From Amphiscolops sp. MND2022 (taxonomy: Eukaryota): a stretch of DNA of 64,000 nt. The notes under the pieces were generated by a model. That model ran no database searches. It was not told where the DNA came from and saw nothing but the letters and a program-made list of their open reading frames with translations. Position numbers and translations under genes: made by a program. The stretch covers positions 53,818,001-53,882,000 of the forward strand of contig OZ076409.1 in NCBI GenBank assembly GCA_964187785.1, given 5' to 3'. Shown here piece after piece: positions 23,899 through 36,990 of this stretch; the first letter of the stretch is position 1; every line of letters starts with the position of its first letter.

Positions 23899-24682
23899 AT
23901 GAGCAAGTTTAACCTCTCAAGAAAATTGTTTGACTTTGAAGAGTACGATTCTGATAACTCTGATAAATCAGTAATCTACATATCCAGTAGTGAAGATGAG
24001 TCCTCAGACTGAGAAACCGATTGTTCGACAGACACCGAGCAACTGATAGCCCGGATTGAAAGAGAAGTTACTTCCAGCCCGATGCTAATCGGGGGCAGGG
24101 TAATGACCATGGATGAACCCGAAGACGAGGCGAGAGCTGGGCCAAGTACGTCTCAAGTGGAGGAAGGGGTGACACCGAAACTAGGCCTTAAATACTTCGA
24201 TAGAGAAATGTGCTATGCCCCACCAAGGAAATTTGAAAAAAAAAACGCATAGAGCTCTGTAACACGATAATGCCCGTCCTAGAGTCGCCTATGTCCCCCC
24301 GGAGCACGAGAGGGGTCCGAATGTAGACACCCCCCTCCTCCAGCCGACTTCGAGTAATTTTCATGCGTCCTACCATGTGCAGAACTCAGTACCTTACCAA
24401 AATGTCAGTGAGGTGCGTTATAAAGGATGCATGGTTTGCGGCCGCTCAGTGGACTCAATCAAGGACGAAAAGGTGAAATGGTACATGCAACGATCTACAC
24501 CGAGAGATGAGCCTGAATACATCACGAGACTCAGAAAGGAGGCATATGAAAACGGACTCAATGCTGGCTGTTTTCGTTTTATCACACCCGCAGTGTCGCA
24601 GGCTGCCGCCTGTGACGGTACGACAGTGACTACGTCGGCGAACGGGCAGGAGTTTGTACCCGGAACACTACCCATCTATTGA
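23899..24682 (+). pseudogene. ORF3 of element A (acidic region plus CxxC domain), ends 89 nt inside the 3' LTR
   Basis: ATG at 23899; LIGGRVMT and AGPST match LVAGRKMT and AGPST of family B; CMVCGRS...VSQAAACDG...GTLPIY* in ORF 24377-24682. Confidence 0.75.
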
Positions 24683-26446
24683 TCAGGTTAAAACATAAAA
24701 CTTGAACCTTTTACACCATTTTGTTATTCAATGCGTATTTTGTTTGTTGATGTTGCTAGCTTTAATATATACTTGCACATGTAAAATTAGTCTGTTAAAA
24801 TTTACATTTGAAGGTCCAAATAGTATAATTGTGACTTTAAAGATTGAAAGGTGCTCTGCAATTGTAAACGTAATACGTGGCAATGTAGCTGTACAGCGTA
24901 AAGGAAACGAGTTCAAGTGAGCGAAACTCTTTTTCCGGAGACGTCACTTGGACTCAACATTCCAGCCAATCACATCGCTTCTCTTTGCTATATTGGTACT
25001 GCTTTGATTGTGTAGTGGCCGAGTATGGCCAATTGACTCAATATGTATACTTCACTACGCGTTTTAGTCAAATGGCCGGTTCCGGCCTTCTAGATGAAAT
25101 GAATTGTATACTCGTGTAATTAACCATACTAATCGGAAATTGCTGTAGATGTAACCCTGGTGGTGGATGAAAGCTTTCATACTGAACAGTGTGCCTAGTA
25201 GACCTAGTGTTAAAATAAAAGCCGAGTAAGGCTTTCGCCCTCCCTTATTATGATGCTAGAATAATAAACCGGATTTGTCCTTTTTCGGCCTTGGTAAAAG
25301 GCTTGTTACTTTGATAGTGTAGTACTGCTTTAAACAAGCTGGACATGTAATATTTGATCTTCTTTCAATCTATGTTAAATGATGAACACGTGGCAACGCG
25401 TGTCAAAAGGGATGCCTCTTGCATTCCTTCAGTGAGTATTGGTATTTGTTGACAAAATAATAGTGATGATGTTTTCATAAAACAATACTTAAAGGTGCGG
25501 CTTGTATACTTATCGGTGCGTTATTTATTTGATGTTGAATTCCTAGAAATTACCTGAATGTCAGGAATTTACCCGGTTGAGGCTTCAAACAATTATGTGC
25601 TTTGAAGTGTTGGTTACTTTATTAGTAATAATGATGATGTTTATCCCGTGACCTGTTAAGGCCGCGATCATGTAATATTTGTCTTAATCAAAGAATCCGA
25701 AGAATGTGACTGTCACCTTTCGAGAGTATATATACCCATGTGTCGAGAGGAGAAGTCATAATTTCCACATCCTTGCTTTGATAAAGATTGAATTGACATA
25801 GCTATTCCTAACTAGTTTTCTGGTTTAAATAATTGAATTATTTGACCCAGTTCTGTCTTGATCCCTACTACAAGAAAACAAAAGAAAGCGAGGAAATCGA
25901 GAGGGATAGAGATGCTCTCAGATATAGAAAACTTAGATATTATGCTTGGTGAAACCCACTATGACAGAAATGAAAGGGAAGAGAGTGTCATTAGTAATCA
26001 GGCTAGGAGACCGAGAAGTCTCTCAAGAGATGAGTTTGAAAACAATGACGAGAATAATTACTTAGAAACGGGTAGTTTTGGTTCCGGTACAAGTGCCAAT
26101 CATGGCGAAAATTCGACAGGAGGCAATTCAAGTGCAGAGATCAATAGATTGTCCAGTGAGCTGAATTCGAGGCTATCTAGAGAACTTGATGACATGATGA
26201 GTAGTGTTAATACCCAGATCCAGAGAGCAATCAATGACGCGATCAGTGGTCAAATTATACCACAAATCCAATCTGCCTGAAACGCCGGATCTGGACAGTC
26301 GACATTAAATAAATGGAACGTTTCGTCCGAGAGACCTGAAGCGAATTCCGAAGAAACCTATAGTGAGAAAGCCAAGAAAAGCAATAGAAGTGAGCAACGC
26401 TTTGATTACCAAAATGGCAGTCAGCCTACTCTACGTGCTTACGACA
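24594..26446 (+). repeat. 3' LTR of element A (1853 bp) with duplicate gag N-terminus (25858-26280)
   Basis: Direct repeat of the 5' LTR, followed by TSD ACAAA. Confidence 0.95.
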
Positions 26447-27721
26447 ACAAATGAAAATTTATTCACTGCCAAAACAAACCAATCAGTGATTACAGTCACT
26501 TTAAACTATTCGCACTGTACCAGAATATCTGCCTGTACAAAATGCCTGCAATATCCAAAAAATCCAGACGACTGACATACACTCTCCAGATGACTCTAAT
26601 TTGCCAGCGTTCATCGCAACTAACATTTTTTTCGACCAGACGTAAAAGATGGACAAAACCTGAGGAAATTCGAATTGTAATATATAGTATTGTTCCACCG
26701 CCTGGAAATTTCTGGAACTTTAAACTAAATGCTTTATCAAATTCAAGCTACATCAATCAGCAATCACTGTGAGTTTGCCACTGCTTGAAATATTTTTGTT
26801 ATTCGGCAGAAATCTTTAATAGAATAAACTTTTTTTACCAAAAAGGGCTCGAAACAACCGGCAGCGCTCCAGAAACAGGGGAAAAGTTTGAAGAGGTAAC
26901 GAAAAAGGATGTGAGACTTTTATGAACTATTTAGACTCTTTTCTGTTCCCCCATCTGCAGTGTTTTCGATCATTTCTAATGGTCATCTAAATTCTAATTG
27001 TCGAAATTCTCTACATTTTTTTGACATATAAGAGCCCATTTATAGATAGAAGTCGCTATACCTTTGATTGTGAATCAAAACGTTAGTAATAAAAAAAGTC
27101 AACGAGTTTATGTTTTGAGTGTTATGAAGCAGTTAATTTGACTCAATTCCTGATCAAAAACTCTAAAGCTTTATTTGTTCAACTGTAAAGCTAACTTTAA
27201 TTGAAGTGAATTTCCGGTACCAGAAAATGATTTCTTATGGAACGCGTTGACAGTTGAGAAATGTTCTGCTCTTTTCTGTTTTCTCACCATCAAACTTTTT
27301 AAGGGAAAATTTTAGAAACAATCACAAACTGGCCTAATTATAGTGTTTGGTGACTCAAATTAGGTTAACTTCTTAATCAAGAATGCGTGACTTAATAGAG
27401 AAAAATTTGAAAACGTTTGTATCTGGATCCTAAACTGTGACCCTAAGAATAAATTTAAAACTGGAGGTTAAATGTTTGGTTTTAAGTCTTTATAATGTCA
27501 TATTTTCACCAACTGGAAAAACATTTGGTGGTGGGGGAACAGAGAGGAACCAAATTTTTAAAGAGTGAAAATAGAAGAAAAGAGTCACTGTTTGGAACCA
27601 CGGGCCACAGTTTATAGGAATTGAGAAAAAAAGAACTAGGTTTTGAACTGAGCATTGTCCTTGAAGTCTGTTTACGATCGTGGATACATTCTACATCGAT
27701 TAAGAATAGGTTCCCGTACTG

Positions 27722-27850
27722 ACAACCCATGGTAACCCACCAGTGGCCATCGGTGGACCACCGGTGGCCACCGGTGGGGGAAAATTAGGATACATGGAGG
27801 CTTTCCCATCGGTGGCCACCGGTGGTCCACCGATGGACCATCGGTGGAAA
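27722..27850. repeat. Array of palindromic CCACCGGTGG-like units
   Basis: Repeated CCACCGGTGG / CCATCGGTGG; related array at 52724-52922. Confidence 0.75.
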
Positions 27851-28518
27851 ATTCGAAAATTTCGAAAATGAAAATTTCGTTCAAAATTTCTAGAAACAGG
27901 ATTTACTACACGAAATAACTTTAGACGCAAATACCTATGAGTGGCTTTTTTCTAGCGTTTTCTGAAGATGCAGAGTAAAAGCTTCAATGTGCGATAGATT
28001 TAAATAGGGACTTCACCATAGCAGAGCCTGTTCTTCTAAGTTCAGTGATCAATCATAGGAAAAAATTAAATCGACATTAGCTCTCCAGAAAAAAAACGAA
28101 AAAAATCAACTAACCATGCTTCAACAGAATTTCTCGATAATATGTATTCTTTGCAAAAATTGCTAAATGAAAATGAGCACGTTTTAATTTTTAAAACAAT
28201 TGGAGCATAGTGATTTAGGATGAAAAGTAATTGAAAAAATTAAAAAATCTGCGGAAATTAGAAGCTAAAAATTAGTTACATTCAGAAACAACAGTGGGGA
28301 AAAACGTTGATATTTTTGAGAAAAGATGCATATACATCATAGCATCCTCACGATTGCTTCTCCTTTCCCTCGCTGTTCGCTGATATATTATATTATCATT
28401 ATTATTATCCATTTTTCTGATACATCTGAAAAACTTGAAAGTTCTTCGAACTTATTGTTGTCCCTGCTGGCATATGGCGTCTGGCCGTTAAAATAAAAGT
28501 ATATCAAAGGCAAGTCGG

Positions 28519-29370
28519 GGCTCTTTTCTGTTAAACCCACACCCCCCACCACCAAAATTTTCCTGAAAATGACTTTCCTTAAGAACTTTAGGAACTTTTT
28601 CCTTTTCCCCCCACACTTTTCAAGATGATGTTTTTGCAATTAATTATATCTCAATTGCGTTTCCAATGAAACAGTTCAGTTTTAAATTTATTCTCAAGGT
28701 GATAGTTTAGGATTCAGATACAAACTTTGTTCACACTTTTTCCCCATGTAGTTACGCATTTTTGATGAAGAAATCAACAGCTTCCTGTTTTGAGTCATCA
28801 ATAAACACTCAATACGAACATAATTAGTCAAATTGTGTGAACAATGTTTTGTTCAAGCGGAAAACTACTCTAACAGTGTGGAGACAACAAAACAAAGGAA
28901 AAGATTCATTCGAAGAAATATTGAATGATATAGTCAAATATAATCTTTTTTGTTGAGTTTGTTTTCTTTAAAAAGTGTGGGGGGAAAAGGAAAAAGAGCC
29001 GAACTTTAGACTAACCTTATTAAAAGTAAAACCTTCGTTCATAACAGGAAGTTAATGTCCATTAGAGTAGTTTTCCGCTTGAACAAAACATTGTTCACAC
29101 ATATTGACTATGATTATGTTCGTATTAAGTGTTTATTGATGACTCAAAACCGGAAGCTGTTGATATCTTCATCAAAAATGCGCGCAACTATGTAGTTACG
29201 CGTAACTACGAAGGGAAAAAGTGTGAACAAAGTGTGTATCTGAATCCTAAACTATCATCCTGAGAATAAATTTAAAGCTGAAGCTTTCTGGTTTGTAATC
29301 AAGTCTATTTGCTATAAGATTTTCACTAATTTTCCAAAAAAAATGGTGGTTGGGGGGGCAGAAAAGAGCC
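28519..29370. mobile_element. Foldback/MITE-like element with long inverted arms
   Basis: 28681-28873 is the reverse complement of 29062-29276; weaker outer arms near 28519 and 29370; partial related copy at about 27420-27550. Confidence 0.75.
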
Positions 29371-31474
29371 CAAGTCGGTTCTCTTGATAACCTGTCTAGT
29401 ATGTATGAAGCATTTCCGAATAAAAGCTATAGAAGTAAGTTTTTTCTGGGTCAGTAAGTTTTTCTTTAATTTTCAAGAATTCCATTTAATGATCTCATCC
29501 CCCATCCCCACGCACGTTAAATAATTTTAAAAAAGACAAAAAATACAAGCTGGTTGCGTGAATTAATATGACGTCAAAAATGAAATAGTTTGTTCTAATG
29601 AAGGTAGAGAAACAATTTTAGTATAATTCATTAGGTTATATTACCTCTTTTATGTGTTGTATTCAAGGTGATTTGAGCCAAAATATATGCATTAATATTT
29701 ACTCAAAAGACCACGTTCTAATGTAACTCTGTTGAAATTGGTGATATTCACATTGTGTAAACATACCTTTTAACCCACTTAATAACCATGCCAAAATCAC
29801 CATATAAGTTGTTTACAAAGCCAAGAACTTTATATTTTACCTGGAAATGTCATATATTTATATCACATATTTTGACGTATATTTACTGTAGAATTGTTAA
29901 CCAGATCCATACCATTATTAGGTTAGAGATTTTAAGGACTGAAACGCTATAGTCAAGTTGGGTCTTAGAACCACTTCTACTCTCAACTATTTCTTCCCCT
30001 CTTTTCGACTTTTCGCCAAAGACAACTTAGTGCGACTAAGTTAGTTACTCTCAACTTGTGGAGAGTTGGACCTGTTAAGAGACAAGGAAGAAGTGCAATC
30101 TCGGGATCCTTGGATCCTACTAAGTCAATATACAGTCCCTTCAAATCTACCAAGAAAGTAGTGTTCGGTAACGATCCGCAGTGCCGAGCACCGAATTCGG
30201 TGCGGCGTAAAGGTTGGTCAAGTGAAGGGATCAAGCAGCCGTTACAGGGATTTTCGCAGATAAATAAAATGCTGCGTAAGTCTTTGATAATTTAATTTTG
30301 AATTTAGGATCAATTTAAAGCTTGAAATTGCACGAACTAGATTTTAGTCACGACAAGCTATGGTTTCGAAAATAGCAGCTTCTTCGATGAGAAACTAAAT
30401 ATAGTCGCATTAGCTCAAAATTCTGGAAATCTCACCGAATTTATTTAACTTATCCAGCATTTTTGCTGAAAAGCGTCCCTTATCAAGACGAGCCTCAAAA
30501 ATGATAAAGTATGTTATTATATTCTAACAATTATTTTTATCAACTAATGTCAATTTTAATTTCAACTGTAATTAGGACTTTGACAAGTTAATTTTTGACT
30601 AATCCTGGACAATCTGGGATATTGCGGAAGCCAAAAAATAACATGCCTTTAAATAGTAGAGCTCAAAAATATTAGTACTTATTTGATTAAGAGATTGAGA
30701 CTTACTGTACTTCAAGCTGATAAAAATCAGTTTCAAAAAATCTTGAAACGGACAAAAGTTTGTATAGCCCAAAATTTCTGAGGAACTAGTATGACTGGAA
30801 AACGACGATCTGCAGTAAATGTTTCACATGACGTTCCTTCAAATATGTAAACAAATCTTTCAACAGATCTCCAGATGGAGTTGACGTTTGTGCCTCCTGG
30901 TTATAAGGACGAATCTGAAGTGTCAGAAAATAATGTGATCTGACCGAGTTGAAAAAGCAATTCTTTTTAAACAAAAACAGAAACATTTTACTGAGTAAAG
31001 AAATGGTGCAGAAAGAATAACTTTCAATGCTTACCACATGCTACATAAGATTATTGTGAATTGTGAAAAACTAATGTTTTCAATGATAAAACATTTTTCT
31101 TATCTTGGAAAAGTTCAATTTTAATATTTGTATTCAGTTTTTTGTGTAAACATTTCTTGCTGCCGTAGTTCTTGAAAAAAAACTTCCAGTAATTGGTGAT
31201 ATCTTTCTAGTTAAAACATACATTTTAACATTTTTGCAACGATCCCCTTGGCTGCTACTTGTCAAAAAACTTTGGAAATTATGAATCTGAAAATAACAAG
31301 ACGGTCTCAAATCGGTGGTGCAACACGCAAGGCTCAGAAAACGAAGTTTTAACTCTATGCTCAAGACTTTTTCCTGAAAAACTAGCACAAAAGTGTCGAA
31401 ACATCCAAAGGTTGTCTTTCCTGCTCGGAAAACGCTTCACAAGTCGGGATAGAGCATGCAGGGCGCCATGGGAG

Positions 31475-31584
31475 CGCTTTTCTCCAACATCCGCCTCCTC
31501 CTTAGTAAAACGAAATTTACTTCGGATATATATCCGAACTAAATTTCGTTTTACCAATGAGGAGGCGGAGGTTGGAAAAAAGCG
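31475..31584. repeat. 110-bp imperfect palindrome without spacer
   Basis: Symmetric about GGATATATATCC, with GC-rich CCGCCTCCTC / GAGGAGGCGG arms. Confidence 0.85.
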
Positions 31585-31819
31585 TCAAAAATTCGGATAG
31601 ACACGGTATTCTTTCGAACCTCGGCCTCCTTTTAGCGAAACGCAACTTACTTCGAAAATTTGGATAACGTCGAAAATTCGGATAGCATTGAAAAAAATAC
31701 TGGATATAGAGAAAACCTAGTAAGATGAAGTGGCTATAGGATTTTTCAACATCCAATTTTTTGCAAATTTCGAAAAAAATTGATGGGCACCCACCCTTTG
31801 AACACAGTAGAAAATATTC

Positions 31820-32060
31820 GAACAAAAGTCTCTCAGTGCCAAAAAAATCGAGGGGGTTTAGTCCGTTCGGTTATGTATGTTACGCTATAAGAATGAAAAA
31901 AATGTAAAGGGGACGTTTGCACCAGTTTAGATGTGTTTCCGAGGCGTTTTTAACTAAACAAACTGAACAAAAAAGTGTCCATTTCAGTAAAAGTGTAAGG
32001 ATAAAAAGAAGAAAAACTAGTCACTGCAATAATCCGGCAATTTTCTCTTAGGAAGCACTT
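31820..32060 (-). repeat. Fragment of the Helitron-like dispersed repeat family
   Basis: Reverse complement of the CGACTATTACAGTxACTAGTTTT and TTTTGGCACTG motifs seen at 49150 and 63480. Confidence 0.5.
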
Positions 32061-32645
32061 TTCTTGAACTCTTTTCAAAACATGCAAATAATTTTTGTAA
32101 TGCATGAACTTACTCTTTTACAGGAAGATTGTTAAACAGGAAATCCGAAGTCTAGAACATACATTAATTGCATAATTTTATTCATGAAAACTCACCCAGT
32201 CAACTGACAATTATTCACAGTAATTGCTAAAAAACTCAATGTGCTGACCCGCTATTTACGTACTGGAATAACTTCAACTATGTATGTAAGGCGGTGATTT
32301 TGATAACGGTTATTTATGCATGGTTCAAGAATGGCAAGTAGACAGACTTTCTGACAGATGAACGAAAAATGTTGGATAACGAAAATACACTGGGAGTTGT
32401 TAAATTGTTTGATAAAGAAACAGCAGACAGGAAGTTGTGATGCTTATAAAGGGGGAAAAACTTGTTCAAAGTGTAAATATTTTTGTCTTTTCAATCGCTC
32501 GTAGAAACGAATTCAAATGATAATGCAATTATTCAAATTTATGCTTGAAAACTTTTTCACATAGAGTTGCTTCAATGTTCTGGCTTCACAAAAGTGCAAA
32601 AGTTCTGGTTTTAAACACTAATAAATTCTTCAGCAACATCAGTGT

Positions 32646-34946
32646 TGTCGCAGCGTCATGGTTGCTCTGGCCCAGTTGTGCAAGTGTGAAAAGAGAACGA
32701 CAGATGCAGCCCCAGAAAACAAACTTGCTTTATTTAAACCCTACAAACTGTCTTTTTCTTTCCTTTAGTGCCTCCTTACTTGTTTTAACTGACAAATCTA
32801 TTACTGTAAATATTTGTTTCTATATTTTCCCTATTTGAAGTGTAAAAGGTAATCACAAATCGAGACACATTTTATCAGGTGTTTTTTTGACGTTTTCACC
32901 TTGGCCACAACTCCAATTGCTGAATCATTTTGTCAAACTTAGTAGGTTGTACTCATGAATGGAAGTTGATGATTACTTAACACGTGAATTTTGAACCAAC
33001 AATCATGCGTCACTATGCGGAAAACGTAGTGACGTATGTACTTTGATGTGCTGTTTTTAATGGTTACCGCATATGCGGCATTATGCAGGAATCCATCATT
33101 TCTCTCGCACAGTGCTATGGCCTATTTATACGCCAACATGTGGAAAATCACCGGCGCACATGCGTCAACAAGCGGTTTTCCACATTATTCATCATACGGC
33201 GCTATACTATGGTTGCAATTCAACTATACATTACTCTGCGGAAAAATAAAAACGTATATACGTTAATATTCGGATTTCCAGGGTTCTCACAAAAATTGTG
33301 CAAAACTGGATCTACTTGTCATGTAATGTATACTTTGAAGCTACATATAGAATTACGACAAATGACGTAATACTTTTTATATATTTCTGGAACAATGACA
33401 CTCATGAAAATGGGTGTAATCCCAGATTTTTTATTGATGCGTAAAACTGCAGGGGCTAATCATACTTTGACATAACCACCGTCAGAAACAGTTGCTTGAA
33501 ATCATACATCAATCTTTGTAAAAGCAGTTTTACAATCAATTTTTGTTCTACCTTCCCAATTTGTTTTCTCAAAGGCTCTTGAATAAATTTATATTCTTTT
33601 CCAGCAATCTCAATACCCTTCTCACTTGAGAAAGATGGGAAAGAAGAAAGACAGGAGGTCTAGAAGAATGGAAACACCACCCCCAGACAGAGAGTTGAGT
33701 GAAGCACAGGTAGAAACGTCAAATCAAGGTAACGAAACTTTAACTAATGTTAATATCGTTGTTCAGTAAATTTTAAGTGGAGACGAAACGAGGCCTCAAA
33801 TAGAAGAATGTAGACAAATTAGCAATGAGATCCAAGCATGGACAGAAACCTTCGAACAAAAGAATAACGACAGAAAATTGAAAATGAGAGAAGAGATGGA
33901 AAACAAGTTTAATGCAATTTGAAAGAAATGAGAACAAATAGGAGTGAATCGACAATAACAAATCCCAGATCTGAATTGAACGGAACCCAGGACTCAACCT
34001 TCGGGATCCAAAAATGATAGTTCTAATGGAGCTCACGCATCTAACGTAGAAAACTCAGATACAGAAAATGAAGGTGACCATCCCTTTAGAGCCTCTGATT
34101 TTTAGAGAATGGAGGAATCCTGCTAGACCGCTGTATACTCATTTTTCAAGCTCTCCGGTGAGGGCATACTTTGAGTTTGAAAGCGACTAAGTTGTCTCGA
34201 AAACGGACGCGATTTTTTAAAACAAAATTTTACAACTACTTTCTACAATGATAACTTCTCGCATTTAGGTTTAGTCTCGAATTTGGTCGTTTCGCGCCAA
34301 TGGTGATTGTACGACAATTGTCTGATTATACAAACATGCGTTTGGACAATTGGAAAATCAATTGTATAAAGGAAGTTTTGATGATCAATTTTTAACAAAT
34401 TTGCCATGAAAAGAAAGCCCTGAAATAGACTAAAGAGTAGTGTTGAATCAAACTCACAGCATGTATTCAGATGCCTCTAGTTAGAATCACTGCTGCTGCA
34501 TATAGAGTTCCTTTCAAGTGTTCGCCAATGATACGTTTTCAAGGGGGTACTTTCGGGATAGCCTTTACTGGAAGATTCACATCACATTCGCTAGCAAAGA
34601 TCTGACAAGGAAACACCAATTTTGAACATTGTGTAATTTGGAAAAAAATTGCTAATCAACTGTGTTTAAGAGGTGAGGTTTTGCTGTGATATGTTGCATT
34701 GAAATTTTATGTTCCAAAAGTTTCTCCTATTTACACAAACGGAGAACTTTTACGTGATAGGATTTAGTGCACGGGACGGGACCTAATCTGTCAAACACCC
34801 ATCCCAAAAAGTTTCACGTTCTTTTCTATGATATTCTCGGACAACACCCAAAGTGTTACATTGAAAAAGGACGAGCAATGTGCTCAGGGATCCCCCGCAT
34901 AACATACCTGGAATTCTTCAAGTCCACATCCCGCCTAATTTTCAAG
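32646..34946 (+). repeat. 5' terminal repeat of C: truncated LTR (to about 34136) plus about 0.8 kb of P-like transposase fragment
   Basis: Colinear with 42903-45493; LTR end and PBS are missing; joins gag at TTCAAG. Confidence 0.8.
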
Positions 34947-36990
34947 TCTTTCGCAGAAAATATGCAAAGCTAGAATCCAGTGCCTCAGCGAAGCAAAGAC
35001 TCATTAGACTTTTCTTTGACCCTGAAAACCAAAAACTACCGGACTTTCTAGCGGAAAAAGCATTTGGAGATAACGCACACCAGATGACAGAGAACTTATT
35101 CTATGTAAAGATGCCCCCTCACCTTGAAAATGATCCAATCAAGCCTACCTCGAGAATGGAACATACGACCAAATTGTAAAACTCCTCGAGAGGGAGATGG
35201 AGCTAAGCGGTTTGGAGGCAGATGAACCTGCGGTCAAGACCCAAATGACCGTCACAAAAAAAGAGAAGGAAATGCCGAAAAATCAACCAAAAACAAAATG
35301 AAAAATCTAAAACTGAGACTCTAAATACAGTACCCAACAAGACACTCAAGAATGATCAGTGCAGTTATTGCAAGGAGACGGGTCACATGATGACCGACTG
35401 CCCCAAACTAGCAAAACGACGCAAACTTGAAGAAAACCAAGATGCAGAAAAATGCCAAAATGTCAAAACACGTGGTCATGAAGAGGAAAGCTGCTACTTC
35501 GGCCCTAACATGAAAAACCGCCCAGCAAAAGGGAACCTCACAGAAGCCTTCAAGAAGGTTTTGAAGCGTAAAAACAAACTCGAAAACCACAAAAACCGAA
35601 AATAGAACGCCCACAACAATCCCCATCGAAGGATTTAAACTAAACACGCCATGCCTTAACAACCGGAACGCCCAAAAAACAACTTCAAAACCACAAGACG
35701 ACTGGCAGCTTCAAATAGAAACAATAAGAATACAACTCAATCAACTGACTACAGAACCACACTGGGGTTGAGGACAAACGACATCAGTCCTGAACACTTG
35801 TTCCGAAGAACATTTCCTTGACAATGCCTGAAGTAGACTTGAACAAAACACTGACATTGTCCTCAAGAATCTGGGAGCCAAAATAGGAGCGAACCCCTTC
35901 GAAAAAAAACGACTTGGCATCCGACTACAGATACCATTATTATTTCCAAAATATCACTAGAATCGAAATCAAGCAAGAGGTTCTGAAGCGCAAATATTAC
36001 ACAGACACGGGAACCACTTCGCATTACCAGATTTTGCTACCCACACAACTCCTAGAAGAACTTCTCCAAGCCTTACATGGTCACAATTCAAACCTTCCGG
36101 CATTACTAAGATGATTCAGGAAGTTAGGCAAAAATACTACTACCCATGTATGGCTAAACACATTTAAAAATGGGTTAGTGACTGCCAAACTTGCATTCAA
36201 ACCAGAAGGATCAACACCAATCTTCTCAGGACCGAACTGCTCAATTGCCCAGAATGGGATCTTGGCCCTGAAGACATTCTTCAAAAGGATATCTCACCTA
36301 ACCTCCCACCCAGCGGTGGATATGACCACATAATAACTGCAATTTTCTATATAATTTAATGCTTACCCGGTGGCCAGCATCACTGCAACATCGGTGACTC
36401 GAATCATATTGGACATTTTATGCAACCATACATGCCTCCCAACAACGCTCATCACAGATGTTGGCACCCAATTCAATGCCCAAGAAACTCATGAAGTTAT
36501 CGCAGTCCTAGGTATTGAGCTTAAACATGCAACAATGAAACATGCTCAAACAATAGGACTTCTGGAAAGAACTCATGCTTCAGTCGAAACACAACTCAAT
36601 GCTGCAACCGGAGAGATCTGTCACAACTGGCATAAATTTCTCCCGTTAGCAGTATTAAACCACTACACAACCTATCATGCATTACTTGGTTGCAAGCCCT
36701 CACGAGTTTTTCATGTGCGCATACCACACAACATACTGGATTACCATTTAGGCTACAACACGAAATATCAACCCCAAACGGATGTGGCCGAAGAAATACA
36801 AAAAAGAATGTGAATACTTTTAGACCAAACCAAAAAGAACATAATGCAATCCTATCTTAAATACAAAGTCTATTATGATAGGAAAGCAAAAGCATCACCG
36901 CTAGAAACAACAAACTACTGTTACATTTTAAACCCGAAGGACGATACATAAGCAACGGAAATAGCATTTCGGGAATTTAGATGGCAAGGC
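34943..36990 (+). pseudogene. Gag C-terminal half and integrase remnants of C; PR, RT and RH deleted
   Basis: QVFRRKYAKLESSASAK...FDPENQKLPDFL; CSYCKETGHMMTDC; YQILLPTQLLEELL; LITDVG...LERTH. Confidence 0.85.

Larger units (their letters stand above)
11829..26446 (+). mobile_element. Ty3/Gypsy LTR retrotransposon family A, both ends intact (14.6 kb), RT deleted
   Basis: Two near-identical LTRs TGTCG...CGACA; 5-bp TSD ACAAA (11824-11828 and 26447-26451); domain order gag-PR-(RT)-RH-IN. Confidence 0.95.

Noticed and set aside
19243..24682. env gene in the 3' region
   Set aside because: No sense ORF with signal peptide, furin site or transmembrane helix
29983..31037. Possible host exons
   Set aside because: Open frames and splice-like signals on both strands, but no recognisable domain or consistent gene model
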